Source: the human T2T-CHM13v2.0 reference genome, Homo sapiens. From it: DNA of 64,000 nt. This document shows, piece after piece, positions 1 to 15,753 of this stretch. The DNA lies in the NCBI RefSeq assembly GCF_009914755.1, contig NC_060935.1; one strand, given 5' to 3'. Numbering within the stretch: the first letter of the stretch is position 1; every line of letters begins with the position of its first letter. Under the pieces are notes generated by a model that saw nothing but the letters and a program-made list of their open reading frames with translations, ran no database searches and was not told where the DNA came from. The translations under genes were made by a program, and so were the position numbers.

Positions 1-86
1 TGAGTCCAGATTAGATGGCCTAGGTCTGTTTTTCAGAAACAGAGCCCCAGGCGTTAAGCTGGAAATTAAGTCATTGGTAGGGATAG

Positions 87-404
<318 letters not shown>

Positions 405-683
405 TATCTATTTTTTAACATTCGATTCTGTGAGCTCATGAGCCTAGACACGAGGCTAGGCAAGCGTCAAGTTCTCCTATCATTAGTATGAAAGTGGAAG
501 ACCTTCTGACCTCTGCCTCTGGCCGGGAAGAAGTTGAGAGGGATGAGTCCCTTAGGCACAGCAGTGGATCTTATCAGTACTTTTTTTCCTATTAGACTTC
601 GATTTTCAGAATTCCTCCTGGGAATGCTGACTCCTTGCTTGGTGCCCTGATGCTTCTCTGAGATAAACTGATGAATTGGAACC

Positions 684-745
684 ATGGTGCAAAAGAAGAA
701 GTTCTGTCCTCGGTTACTTGACTATCTAGTGATCGTAGGGGCCAG
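684..745 (+). CDS. MADD: MADD exon 2 coding part (exon starts 596); start codon
   Basis: ACCATGG Kozak at 681-687; MVQKKKFCPRLLDYLVIVGA(R); acceptor ctattag ends 595; donor AG|gtaacc. Confidence 0.96.
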
Positions 746-1331
746 GTAACCAAGAAGAGATTGACTTTTGTCTTAATATCTGGGATAGCCATAAAATCTG
801 CAGTTGTTCCCTTCTCCGATTTCCATGTTGCTTTGCATAGCTCATCTTCTCCTGTTATTTTACCCTGATGGGAGCATCGAAGCCAGTAGGGAAAAAACAA
901 AATCAGGTGGATTGAAAGCAAAACCCTGCTCTTAACTAACATCTTCTTGATGTCGAGCAAATATACTCTTTATACCTCAGTTTTCTTATTTTGTAAAAAG
1001 AAAAAGTACATTATAAGCTACTCCTCTATGTATACTTTTTTGGTAATTTATTAGTTAATTCACTTTAAAAGATGTTAATCATCTTAAGGTGCCAGTGATA
1101 ATTTTATTGTCAAAATCTCCCCTTCGTTTCAGAATAGATGCCTTCATGACAGTGTAGACTTCACTTAGGTTACCAGCTCCATGCGGCAGGCAGCACCCAT
1201 ATTTTCCAAGGTGTTACAGTCAGGTTACTTTATCCAAAATAGCATCTTGAGCTTTATTTGTTGACTGTGGTTAAAATTTGATAGCCCATTCCATCCCTTC
1301 AGGCTGCTGAATTTGTCTTTATGTTCTTCAG

Positions 1332-1928
1332 GCACCCGAGCAGTGATAGCGTGGCCCAGACTCCTGAATTGCTACGGCGATACCCCTTGGAGGATCACAC
1401 TGAGTTTCCCCTGCCCCCAGATGTAGTGTTCTTCTGCCAGCCCGAGGGCTGCCTGAGCGTGCGGCAGCGGCGCATGAGCCTTCGGGATGATACCTCTTTT
1501 GTCTTCACCCTCACTGACAAGGACACTGGAGTCACGCGATATGGCATCTGTGTTAACTTCTACCGCTCCTTCCAAAAGCGAATCTCTAAGGAGAAGGGGG
1601 AAGGTGGGGCAGGGTCCCGTGGGAAGGAAGGAACCCATGCCACCTGTGCCTCAGAAGAGGGTGGCACTGAGAGCTCAGAGAGTGGCTCATCCCTGCAGCC
1701 TCTCAGTGCTGACTCTACCCCTGATGTGAACCAGTCTCCTCGGGGCAAACGCCGGGCCAAGGCGGGGAGCCGCTCCCGCAACAGTACTCTCACGTCCCTG
1801 TGCGTGCTCAGCCACTACCCTTTCTTCTCCACCTTCCGAGAGTGTTTGTATACTCTCAAGCGCCTGGTGGACTGCTGTAGTGAGCGCCTTCTGGGCAAGA
1901 AACTGGGCATCCCTCGAGGCGTACAAAG
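1332..1928 (+). CDS. MADD: MADD exon 3 (uDENN)
   Basis: ttcag|G CAC CCG; [18 protein letters not shown]...FCQPEGC...RGVQR; donor AG|gtacag; 597 nt. Confidence 0.97.
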
Positions 1929-2001
1929 GTACAGTTTGCTGCTGATGCCTAATGGGGGAAGCATTTAGAGATTCCATGTAATTGGTCTTTGAGGGGCATA
2001 G

Positions 2002-2426
<425 letters not shown>

Positions 2427-2667
2427 TAATGCTGGAATTTGGTGTTTTAACTGTGGTTAGGACAGTAAGTCTTACCCAGTATATATCTTTACATTTGCTT
2501 TTGCCATTGTATATACTTTCCGGTCCTATCTGAGCTCAGAGACTGGGCTTTCTTAATGATGCTCCGTTTCCCATTGTCATCATTAGAGCCTCTGTGGTGA
2601 TACTGAGTTGCAGTAGGGTATCAGCTTCTGATGCTAATGTGTCTGATTCCTGCTGTCTGCTTCTCAG

Positions 2668-2971
2668 GGACACCATGTGGCGGATCTTTACTGGATCGCT
2701 GCTGGTAGAGGAGAAGTCAAGTGCCCTTCTGCATGACCTTCGAGAGATTGAGGCCTGGATCTATCGATTGCTGCGCTCCCCAGTACCCGTCTCTGGGCAG
2801 AAGCGAGTAGACATCGAGGTCCTACCCCAAGAGCTCCAGCCAGCTCTGACCTTTGCTCTTCCAGACCCATCTCGATTCACCCTAGTGGATTTCCCACTGC
2901 ACCTTCCCTTGGAACTTCTAGGTGTGGACGCCTGTCTCCAGGTGCTAACCTGCATTCTGTTAGAGCACAAG
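2668..2971 (+). CDS. MADD: MADD exon 4 (DENN core)
   Basis: ctcag|G GAC ACC; DTMWRIFTG...CILLEHK; donor AAG|gtgaga; 304 nt. Confidence 0.96.
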
Positions 2972-3500
2972 GTGAGAGGCAAGCTTCCTAGACCTTTCTA
3001 GGGGAGAAACTCTTAAATATGCCAGTGGCCAGACCACGAGCTCTTAGAGGACAGGGACTACATATTTTTCACCTTTTTGTCTTCAGGAGGTAACATGATG
3101 CCTGGTAAACAGCAGGTGTTCCGTAGATGTGGGTTGAATTAAGATACTGGTATCATGTGGGATGTATTTAGAGGGTTTACCATTCATTAGGGCTTATCCT
3201 TAATTGTACTGACCTAATTCTTTGGAAATATCAGTAGTTCTGTTTCAGTGAGTGGTCCTGGGATGGGCAGTACAAGAACTAGGAAGGTAAGGGAGTGATT
3301 TGCATATCTCAGGTGACTGAGGATCACCATTGTGCCTGGATTGGGAGGTGGCAGGCATGGTGGGGCAGGGGGCAGTGGGAGAGACAAAGCTGGAGCTGTA
3401 GGCTCGATGAAGTGGAAACCAAGTTGTAATGTTGGAAGCTGTTTTCTTGTAAACCATATTTTATGTTTTGGAGTGATTCTTACTGGATGGCTCATGACAG

Positions 3501-3632
3501 GTGGTGCTACAGTCCCGAGACTACAATGCACTCTCCATGTCTGTGATGGCATTCGTGGCAATGATCTACCCACTGGAGTATATGTTTCCTGTCATCCCGC
3601 TGCTACCCACCTGCATGGCATCAGCAGAGCAG
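3501..3632 (+). CDS. MADD: MADD exon 5
   Basis: gacag|GTG GTG CTA; [12 protein letters not shown]...ASAEQ; donor CAG|gtgagt; 132 nt. Confidence 0.95.
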
Positions 3633-3884
3633 GTGAGTCTCAAGGCGACTTCCGGCTTTCTCACCTCTGTCTTCCTGAGGGAGGAGGCTTAATGCTCAAA
3701 GAAGTTGTAAGTGAGTGCTGGTCCTCAATCCTTTGTCATAACTTATTTGTCTACAAAATCTGACTGATTTGAACTGATCTGGTGGCAAGGCTTATGCTAT
3801 TTTAGTTTTCATTTATCACAACAAATGTTAATGACTGTAGGCCACTGGCTACACTGCAGCAGGTGTTACGTGTGTTACGTAATA

Positions 3885-4744
<860 letters not shown>

Positions 4745-4932
4745 TATACAAAAAAATGTACCATGTTACCTTTCAAAAAATCTGAAAAATTCTGAATTTT
4801 CAAATACATCTGGCCTCAAGAGTTTTGGAAGAGGGATTGTATCTGCATTTCCTTATCTAGAAGAATCCAGACTTGATAAGTGCTCATGATAGGTTTTGTC
4901 TTTGTTTCTCACCTTCTTTATCATTTCCACAG

Positions 4933-5046
4933 CTGCTGTTGGCTCCAACCCCGTACATCATTGGGGTTCCTGCCAGCTTCTTCCTCTACAAACTGGACTT
5001 CAAAATGCCTGATGATGTATGGCTAGTGGATCTGGACAGCAATAGG
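4933..5046 (+). CDS. MADD: MADD exon 6
   Basis: cacag|CTG CTG; [13 protein letters not shown]...DLDSNR; donor AGG|gtgagg; 114 nt. Confidence 0.96.
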
Positions 5047-5766
5047 GTGAGGTTCTTGGCTGAGGCATTGTAGAGTCTAGAGGAGGATTGCATTCTAGAC
5101 CCAGTCCTGAGATATCTGTTTCTAGATTCCTTTCAGGAACGTCCTAAGTTGTTGGATAATTTCTATTGCGAGACTTACTGAAACAAGTTTTTTTAAATGC
5201 TCCTTTTACCTTATTAGCCAAATAAACCCTTGGTTAGGTCTCAGAGAATTACAGGATTTATTTTTGCCAGAATTAAGTGACCCCCCACCATATCCTCCAA
5301 GAGCAGTCAGACAGTTGTGATCTGAGGGCCATTACATGTGGTATAGATCATCTCTTAATGGTTTCCCTGGGATATAGTTTCCAGTAAGAAACTGTCTTTC
5401 AGTGCAGGCTTAATTAATTATATGACCATTCTGCAATGTGAATACATTCAGACTTTGGTGGGAAGCCCTTATGTGTGCTCATTGTAAAACTTAAAAAAAA
5501 TAAAAATAAGCGTAAATAAAATAAGTGAAAAGAAAAACCATAATCCTTTTATCTAGAGATAATAACCAATAACATTAAGTTATATTTCATTTCAGATGCA
5601 TATGTATGTCATATATGTGTGTACATATATCTTACTGTGCAGTTACATAATGTATATTCGTTTATATAATAATAATGTATATACGTCCTCTTATTTTTAT
5701 TTATGTAAGTGAAATTCCTGAGCAATAAACTCTAAGGTCACGTCTTTTATCATTTCTCTGGTGCAG

Positions 5767-5847
5767 GTGATTGCCCCCACCAATGCAGAAGTGCTGCCTA
5801 TCCTGCCAGAACCAGAATCACTAGAGCTGAAAAAGCATTTAAAGCAG
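5767..5847 (+). CDS. MADD: MADD exon 7
   Basis: tgcag|GTG ATT; [27 protein letters not shown]; donor CAG|gtaggt; 81 nt. Confidence 0.95.
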
Positions 5848-6149
5848 GTAGGTGAAGAACGAAGGAAAGAAAGGGGAGTATTAGATGCTGTGGGATTCCT
5901 ATAAGAAGACAGCTATTCTCAGAGCCAATTTCCTATCAAACTTCAAGTGGAGTAGTTTTCTTCACCCTGGATGGGCTTAAGAAAACGCGTATCCCATTTC
6001 TGGGTGGCAGAGTGAATTTCTGTTTTTGATTCCAATTCATTGTATGCTTTACCATCTTCTAATGCTTATGATGCTGTATAAAATAGCCCTTCACTCTCTG
6101 TTTCTTGTATGTGTGCCACTCTCTATGGCTTCAGAACATTTTCTCAGTC

Positions 6150-6447
6150 TTTTTTTTTTTTTTTTTTTTGAGATGTGGAGTCTTGCTCTGTCCCCTAGGC
6201 TGGAGTGCAGTGGCGCGATCTCGGCTCACTGCAAGCTCTGCCTTCTGAGTTCACGCCATTCTTCTGCCTCTCCAGGAGCTGGGACTATAGGCGCACGCCG
6301 CCACACCCGGCTAATTTTTTTGTATTTTTGGTAGAGACGGGGTTTTGCCATGTTAGCCAGGATGGCCTCTATCTCCTGACCTCATGATCCGCCTGCCTCA
6401 GCCTCCCGAAGTGCTGGGATTACAGGCGTGAGCCACTGCGCCCGGCC
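6150..6447 (-). mobile_element. Alu (Y/Sc-like)
   Basis: Alu consensus. Confidence 0.9.
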
Positions 6448-6559
6448 GATTTTCTCAGTCTTGTTAGGTGGAAGTTAGTAGTGTGGACCGTCTGGCTGCT
6501 TTTATATTATCTTCTAGAGTTGATCCTGAGGGTTCCTTTCTTCAAAAATTCCTTTATTT

Positions 6560-6853
6560 GGCTGGGCACGGTGCCTCATGCCTGTAATCCCAGCACTTTG
6601 GGAGGCCGAGGCAGGTGAATCACGAGGTCAGGAGTTGAAGACCAGCCTGGCCATTATGTTGAAACCCTGTCTCTACTAAAAATACAAAAATTAGCCGGGC
6701 ATGGTGGTGGACGCCCGTAGTCCAGCTACTCAGGAGGCTGAGGTAGAAGAATCACTTGAACCCAGGAGGCAGAGGTTGCAGTGAGCCAAGATTGCGCCAT
6801 TGCACTCCTGCCTGGGCCACAGAGTGAGACTCAGTCTCAAACAAACAAAAAAA
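6560..6853 (+). mobile_element. Alu (S-type), TSD aaaaattccttt
   Basis: Alu consensus; inverted relative to 6150-6447. Confidence 0.9.
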
Positions 6854-7334
6854 TTCCTTTCTTTGAGTAATTCCTCACATCCATTTTTTATTGATTGATT
6901 TTCTTCTTCCTCTGCATGCTGAACACAGTACCTGAAGGTAACACATGACAAAGCTTCATTCCCTTCCTCTGCCTTATGTGTTGTACAGGAACACCAGTAG
7001 ATAGCACTGTGTTTATTTTTAGGAATCCCTGCTCTCATTTGAAGGGCCTTTAGAAATCTTTTTCTGTGTTGTCTGAAGTACTTAGTAGTATCTCTAGATG
7101 CTATGTTTGGGTTTAAATGGGTCATTGTGTTTCATCCCTCTCACCTCAGTTGCTTCATCACTGCTAATATAATATGATACCTTGTTACTGCAGAGTCTAG
7201 TGGGAATTTTAAGTTCAGAAAGTTCTCTAGCTGCCTTCACTTGCTGTGTTTTCAGTCTTGATGATTGCTTTAGTATGACTAATGAGATGGAGAGGTTAAT
7301 AAATGGAATTATATTTAATTAAATTAATTAATTA

Positions 7335-7657
<323 letters not shown>

Positions 7658-7700
7658 TAGGAGCTAAGATCCTTGGACTCATTGATCCTGTGTTCTAACT

Positions 7701-7853
7701 CCTGCTATTCAAAGTGTGGTTTGTGAACCAGCAACATTAGCATCACTCGGGCTTGTTAAAGTGCAGGATCACTCCAGGCATATTGAATCGGGATCTGCAT
7801 TTTAACAGCCTCCCCTGGTGATTCTTCTCCTCACTCACATTTGAGAAGCACTG
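7701..7853. mobile_element. MER5A-like hAT-Charlie MITE
   Basis: tcaaagtgtggt...atctgcattttaaca...tttgagaagcactg signature. Confidence 0.7.
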
Positions 7854-8343
7854 CTGCTCTCGACCAGTGGTCTTCACGCTGCCCCATTGAGCCTCTGAGG
7901 GGCCGATTTAGCTTGGGAGCCCTGAGCATTTGAGGCTCTGCTTCCTGTGTCCTTCAGAGCAGCTCTGTTTTCAAATTTCCATTCTATATAATTTCACATA
8001 GATTCCAATTTTAAAAAACATTTAATGACTATAATAATTTTGCAAACGACTGTCGTGGACTTCAGATAAGATCAAGTTGCCTTGAGCTAGGTTGTCTTAA
8101 GATGGAGAGCTACATATTTCAAACTGTTTTCTAAAGGCTAGAATATTGGGATTTTTATTTCAAAGATGAAAGGTCTGAAATGGGTTGGCCGTGATTTGCA
8201 AATTAGCACCGTTCTTTGTTGCAGAACTTTTTGACCAGAGAATACGAGGTAGCAGACCTTAGGAAGGCCTTTTCCTTGGAGTTAAGATTGGCTAGCTGCC
8301 CAGGGACGTTCCTTGTGTAAGGAATTTTCTTGTTGTTCCACAG

Positions 8344-8522
8344 GCCTTGGCCAGCATGAGTCTCAACACCCAGCCCATCCTCAATCTGGAGAAATTTCAT
8401 GAGGGCCAGGAGATCCCCCTTCTCTTGGGAAGGCCTTCTAATGACCTGCAGTCCACACCGTCCACTGAATTCAACCCACTCATCTATGGCAATGATGTGG
8501 ATTCTGTGGATGTTGCAACCAG
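8344..8522 (+). CDS. MADD: MADD exon 8
   Basis: cacag|GCC TTG; [13 protein letters not shown]...DSVDVATR; donor AG|gtaaga; 179 nt. Confidence 0.95.
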
Positions 8523-8619
8523 GTAAGACCAAGCCGACTGTATAATCACAAGTTCTTAAATTAATTTCTTTGCTCTCTAAGGGACCTTGGGGCAGACTAT
8601 TTCTCTGAACCAGGGTTCC

Positions 8620-8915
<296 letters not shown>

Positions 8916-9161
8916 CAGGGTTTCTTTATGTATAAAATATATACTATATTTGGTTGTTATTTTCCACCTTAGTAAAATCAAAGTGAAGAAATAGTAAACC
9001 ACGTGCTCAGGATGAAGAGGGGGCTGATGATTCTTTAAGATATCTCTCCCCTTGATGTTGGAAGCCTGTTAAGTGATGGCTTTGGGAGGTGTTCTAAGAC
9101 TTTGGATCATGGGAATCCTTACCCTATGGGTCTCAGATTATCTCATCATCTGCTTCCCCAG

Positions 9162-9397
9162 GGTTGCCATGGTACGGTTCTTCAATTCCGCCAACGTGCT
9201 GCAGGGATTTCAGATGCACACGCGTACCCTGCGCCTCTTTCCTCGGCCTGTGGTAGCTTTTCAAGCTGGCTCCTTTCTAGCCTCACGTCCCCGGCAGACT
9301 CCTTTTGCCGAGAAATTGGCCAGGACTCAGGCTGTGGAGTACTTTGGGGAATGGATCCTTAACCCCACCAACTATGCCTTTCAGCGAATTCACAACA
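9162..9397 (+). CDS. MADD: MADD exon 9 (dDENN)
   Basis: cccag|G GTT GCC; [12 protein letters not shown]...FQRIHN; donor A|gtgagt; 236 nt. Confidence 0.96.
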
Positions 9398-9593
9398 GTG
9401 AGTCTACCTGCCCTCTGCTCCGCTCTGCCTTGTGCCTCTGTCCTCCTGATGGACTTTGATTTTTCCTTTGCTAATGTTTGACCTGTGCCTTCTATCCTGG
9501 CTCTGCTTTAGACTTTTTCCTGCCTTTCTTTCAGGCGTTGCTTGCCTTTTTTTCCTTGCTGCTGACTTTCTGTTCTTTTCCCTCATGGGGTAG

Positions 9594-9750
9594 ATATGTT
9601 TGATCCAGCCCTGATTGGTGACAAGCCAAAGTGGTATGCTCATCAGCTGCAGCCTATCCACTATCGCGTCTATGACAGCAATTCCCAGCTGGCTGAGGCC
9701 CTGAGTGTACCACCAGAGCGGGACTCTGACTCCGAACCTACTGATGATAG
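9594..9750 (+). CDS. MADD: MADD exon 10
   Basis: ggtag|AT ATG TTT; [23 protein letters not shown]...EPTDD; donor AG|gtgagc; 157 nt. Confidence 0.95.
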
Positions 9751-9839
9751 GTGAGCATCCTTAGGGCAGCAAAAAGGTTTTAAAGGTGAGGAGGCTCTCA
9801 CTAGCCCTTCTTTAGCACAGAGAAGGCAAAGTCTCATAG

Positions 9840-10788
<949 letters not shown>

Positions 10789-10958
10789 CCATATCAGTCT
10801 TTATGCTTTGGTTGACTGTTTTTCTTGGCTTCTTTATTTGATTTGTTCCCTGGCCTTGAGTTCGGAGTGCTCCCCCTTTTATTTTTCCTGGTGCTGATGG
10901 TAGGTGTTCTCCCTGCCCCTTTCTGTTTTGTTTGTTTTTTATGCACTTCACTCTGCAG

Positions 10959-11062
10959 TGGCAGTGATAGTATGGATTATGACGATTCAAGCTCTTCTTA
11001 CTCCTCCCTTGGTGACTTTGTCAGTGAAATGATGAAATGTGACATTAATGGTGATACTCCCA
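10959..11062 (+). CDS. MADD: MADD exon 11
   Basis: tgcag|T GGC AGT; [34 protein letters not shown]; donor A|gtaagt; 104 nt. Confidence 0.95.
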
Positions 11063-11155
11063 GTAAGTGTGCTTGGGGAGATTGGCCAGCCCTGGGCAGG
11101 GGTTGGGGGCCCAAGGATGGAGTGGTCTGTACCTGCCTCCCTTGGATTTTGGCAG

Positions 11156-11346
11156 ATGTGGACCCTCTGACACATGCAGCACTGGGGGATGCCAGCGAGG
11201 TGGAGATTGACGAGCTGCAGAATCAGAAGGAAGCAGAAGAGCCTGGCCCAGACAGTGAGAACTCTCAGGAAAACCCCCCACTGCGCTCCAGCTCTAGCAC
11301 CACAGCCAGCAGCAGCCCCAGCACTGTCATCCACGGAGCCAACTCT
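11156..11346 (+). CDS. MADD: MADD exon 12
   Basis: ggcag|AT GTG GAC; [10 protein letters not shown]...IHGANS; donor TCT|gtaagt; 191 nt. Confidence 0.95.
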
Positions 11347-11721
11347 GTAAGTGAGGAGCGGTGGATGAGTGAGAACCATGGCCTGGGATGTGGGCCTCAT
11401 CTATTAGGAAAGCCAGGCTGTAGCTATTCATTTGCTGCTTCTCACACAATTTTCTCATCTTCCTCTTCATGGGCCCTAGAGCTTAGAGCCTAAGAGACCT
11501 ACTTTTGACCCCAAAAGGAGGTCATCAGGCTTTGTTCAGGGTACAGCTATGATCCCCCTTATATAGTTTGTGGGGACAGAGAACGGGTGCTACAGAGATC
11601 ATTTCCCACACATTCCTTAGGCTAGAAATCTGACAGGCCTGGTCCAGCCCTGCCAAACTGGGATTACAGGAAGGTACCATTGGGCACCAGGTAACCACTT
11701 TTAATTTCATGCGGCCTTTAG

Positions 11722-11975
11722 GAACCTGCTGACTCTACGGAGATGGATGATAAGGCAGCAGTAGGCGTCTCCAAGCCCCTCCCTTCCGTGCCTCCCAGCA
11801 TTGGCAAATCGAACATGGACAGACGTCAGGCAGAAATTGGAGAGGGGTCAGTGCGCCGGCGAATCTATGACAATCCATACTTCGAGCCCCAATATGGCTT
11901 TCCCCCTGAGGAAGATGAGGATGAGCAGGGGGAAAGTTACACTCCCCGATTCAGCCAACATGTCAGTGGCAATCG
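11722..11975 (+). CDS. MADD: MADD exon 13 (13S = 11722-11846; 13L extension = 11847-11975, 129 nt / 43 aa)
   Basis: tttag|GAA CCT; internal donor GG|gtcagt at 11846/7 and distal donor CG|gtgaga at 11975/6, same phase; matches the known 13L alternative segment. Confidence 0.95.
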
Positions 11976-12231
11976 GTGAGAGCCTGGGCATCCCTTCTAG
12001 ATGGGTGACTGAAGGACCTCACCTCAGTGGACCCTGGGCAAGGGTTAATCAGAAAGTCTGAGAAGTCTGAATGCTCTCGTGGTCCTGCCATCCCCAGAGG
12101 ATGGTGTTCTGATCCAGGGGCTTAGGAATTACGGGAAGGGAGTGGCAACTGTAGTATAGCATAATTATGGCCCATACTCCCAAGATCAGGTACCCCTGCC
12201 TGGGGATCATAGGTGCCTCTGTGCATTCAAG

Positions 12232-12371
12232 GGCTCAAAAGCTGCTGCGGCCCAACAGCTTGAGACTGGCAAGTGACTCAGATGCAGAGTCAGACTCTCG
12301 GGCAAGCTCTCCCAACTCCACCGTCTCCAACACCAGCACCGAGGGCTTCGGGGGCATCATGTCTTTTGCCA
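12232..12371 (+). CDS. MADD: MADD exon 14
   Basis: ttcaag|G GCT CAA; [17 protein letters not shown]...GIMSFA; donor A|gtaagt; 140 nt. Confidence 0.94.
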
Positions 12372-13219
12372 GTAAGTGCCTTCAGCTGTCTCTCTCACTC
12401 CTGTGTTCCATTTTCTCTACAGCAGAGCCTGACTATGGCAAATGTTGCTTAGAACTTCACATGTAGGGCTAGGTTGGCATTAGCAAGCCCTAATCCAGTC
12501 ATTTGGGTGATACTGAATAAGGCGTTTTCAAGTGAGGTCAGTAAAGGACAGGGACAGATTAGTCATTATCATTATGCCTGGACATTTCAGTCTATTTCAG
12601 GTAAGACAGCTGGATGGGTAACTGGAAAACAGGCAGTAAATTCAAAATCACACACTTGTACTTATATTTTGTGGAAATACTCTGGTCAAATTTGATTTGA
12701 GTCCATATCTGGTATCTTCTTTGCCTCATAACGGACTCTTCCATGAATGTGCTTTGAAATCGATATGAGATTGAATTTTGTGCTTAGATAGTATTCCCAG
12801 CAGTGCAGGGTCGTATCAGCTAAAGATTGAAGACAGACCATGGACTAGAGAGAGCGAACGTAGAGGATCCCTGTGATTGTGAGTTTCTTCAGCAGCCAGG
12901 GAGGGACAGTGCCAGCTTCAGACCAGAAGCCTGTTAACTGCCAGCTTTCATGCTGTGTAGCAGTGGATGAGAGACTTGGATATTATCATGTGAGGTGGAC
13001 AGAGAAAGCTGTTACTGGGTTTTGGCTGATCCTGGCAGTGGCTCCATTGTTTGCCTGGAGTTAGACTTGATCCTTTCTAAGACAGATCAGAGATGATCTG
13101 ATCCACCAAACTGGGATTGTGTTTGAAAAGGAGGGAGGTGCAGATGCTGATAGTCATTAGTCTACTGCTTTGATTACTTACTCTGCCAAGTCATCGCTCT
13201 TGCACCCTCCCCTTGATAG

Positions 13220-13321
13220 GCAGCCTCTATCGGAACCACAGTACCAGCTTCAGTCTTTCAAACCTCACACTGCCCACCAAAGGTGCCCGAGAGAAGGCCA
13301 CGCCCTTCCCCAGTCTGAAAG
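13220..13321 (+). CDS. MADD: MADD exon 15
   Basis: gatag|GC AGC CTC; [20 protein letters not shown]...FPSLK; donor G|gtaact; 102 nt. Confidence 0.94.
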
Positions 13322-13831
13322 GTAACTACAGCCTTCCTTTTGCCAAGCCAGGTTTCTCCGGGAGATGTTTCGGGCTGTGGGTTCATGTCAGGAGCCCTGC
13401 ATCTGCTGAATCCTTTGACCTGGTTGTCGTCCCTCATGTTGCTCCTCATGGCTTTCACCGCACATCCTGGGCTCTGATGGTTGTCAGATGGAAACCATCT
13501 TTGTAGCTAGAGACGGCCCTGTTATGTCATTTAGGACAATGGCAACTGTGGGATTACTGCTGCTTCGCGGGAGGACCCTGTCAGGGTATATGATTAACAT
13601 AGGGATCATCAGCTGCCCCCAGTCGTCTGCTGGGTTGCCACTGCATGAACTTAGGGCAAATTCCGTGCCAAGGAGCTGGCCCACCAGAGAATGGTTATGG
13701 AGAGCCTGGCAGCGTTCATAGAGCACAGCCTCTCACCTCTCACGCACTCATAAGCCTGTCAACCCAGGGCTTAATGAGTGCGCCAGGTAGTATTGGTTAG
13801 TTTCTAGGGGCAGTTAAAACCTTATGTGAAA

Positions 13832-14168
<337 letters not shown>

Positions 14169-14189
14169 TCAGGGGCTTTTCTGAATTTG

Positions 14190-15080
14190 ATTTTTTATTT
14201 TTTTTATTTTCTGAGACAGTGTCACTCCGTCACCCAGGCTGGATGGAGTGCAAGGTGGTGATCTTGGCTCACTGTAACTGCCGCCATCCAGGCTCAAGCG
14301 ATTCACATGCTTCAGCCTCCCGTGTAGTTGGAATTATAGGCACATACCACCTCGCCTGGCTAATTGTTGTATTTTTAGTAGAGACGGGGTTTCACCATGT
14401 TGGCCAGGCTGGTCTTGAACTCCTGACCTTGAGTGATCTGCCCACCTTGGCCTCCCAAAGTGCCAGGATTACAGGTGTGAGCCACTGCACCTGGCCTGAT
14501 TTTTTTGTTTTCTCTGGATGGTATGACGAAATATTTAACTGTGGTAGGAAGTGCAGTGAGAAACATGTATTTTTTTTTTTTTTTTTTTTTTTTGAGACAA
14601 GAGTCTCGCTCTGTTGCCCAGGCTGGAGTGCAGTGGTGCAATCTTGCCTCACTGCAAGCTCCGCCTCCCGGGTTCACACCATTCTGCCTCAGCCTCCTGA
14701 GCAGCCGGGACTATAGGAGCCTGCCACCACGCCTGCCTAATTTTTTGTATTTTTAGTAGAGACAAGGTTTCACCGTGTTAGCCAGGATGGTCTCGATCTC
14801 CTGACCTTGTGATCTACCCGCCTTGGCCTCCCAAAGGGTTGGGATTACAGGCGTGAGCCACCGCACCTGGCCAACCTCATGTATTCTTTAACTGACCTCT
14901 CATTCCTAGTGGTAAAAAATGTCAGGTTACTTGGGTGCAGTAGCTCACACCTGTCATCCTAGCTACTTGTTAGGCAGAGGCAGGAGGTTCATTTGAGCCC
15001 AGGAGTTTGAGGTACAGTGAGCTATAATTAGGCCAGTGCACTCCAGCCTGGACGACAGAGTGAAACCCTGTCTCTAAAAG
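14190..15080. mobile_element. Alu cluster: two - strand Alus (14190-14496, 14570-14872) and a + strand FLAM-like monomer (about 14930-15080)
   Basis: Alu consensus. Confidence 0.87.
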
Positions 15081-15753
15081 AAGCCAACAGAAACAAACAA
15101 AGTTGTCAGGAGTCTAAGACATGTTCTTAGGTGAGGATGGGAACATTGGATAAATGGGCAAAAGGACATCAGAGCTGGCAGTGAAAGGAGCGAACTAGCA
15201 CTGCCAGGGAATCCACATGTGGCCGGGTAGGCTAAGGATGGAAGGGTGTCAGTGTCACTGGCCTTCATTTGGTACATTTGAAGAGAAGAGCGATTGAAAC
15301 TCTTTCATTGCATGCTGATGCTTTGTCGCATTTGCTGCACTTACCCTCTCACCCATCTCCCATCCTCATACCCTGACCCCACTCCCCACAACAGCATCTG
15401 CAAGATGGGTTGCTTCCCTGCACATACCCTCAGGCCCCTGGCCCTCTGTGCTGGATGTTTTCTGAAAACCAGCGGTCCCTGTTTCATGCATGTGTGTGTT
15501 CAGTACCTGAAGGCTCCCTGTGTCATTTACCCGCCCCTGGCTTGAGAGGCCAGTTTTAAGGGTGGTCTTTTCTTAGAGCCTTGGTTGTCTCCTGGTCACT
15601 TGGCTTCCAGCTCTGAGGTGCCCAAGAACCAAGGTTATGTGCATTCCTCAAGCTTTGGGAGAATGCTCAGATTATCTGGCTTACTGCTCCTCGGAGGGGT
15701 AGAGGGGTTGCGGTATTGTGGTACACCTACTAATTGTGTATTTTGTGTCCCAG

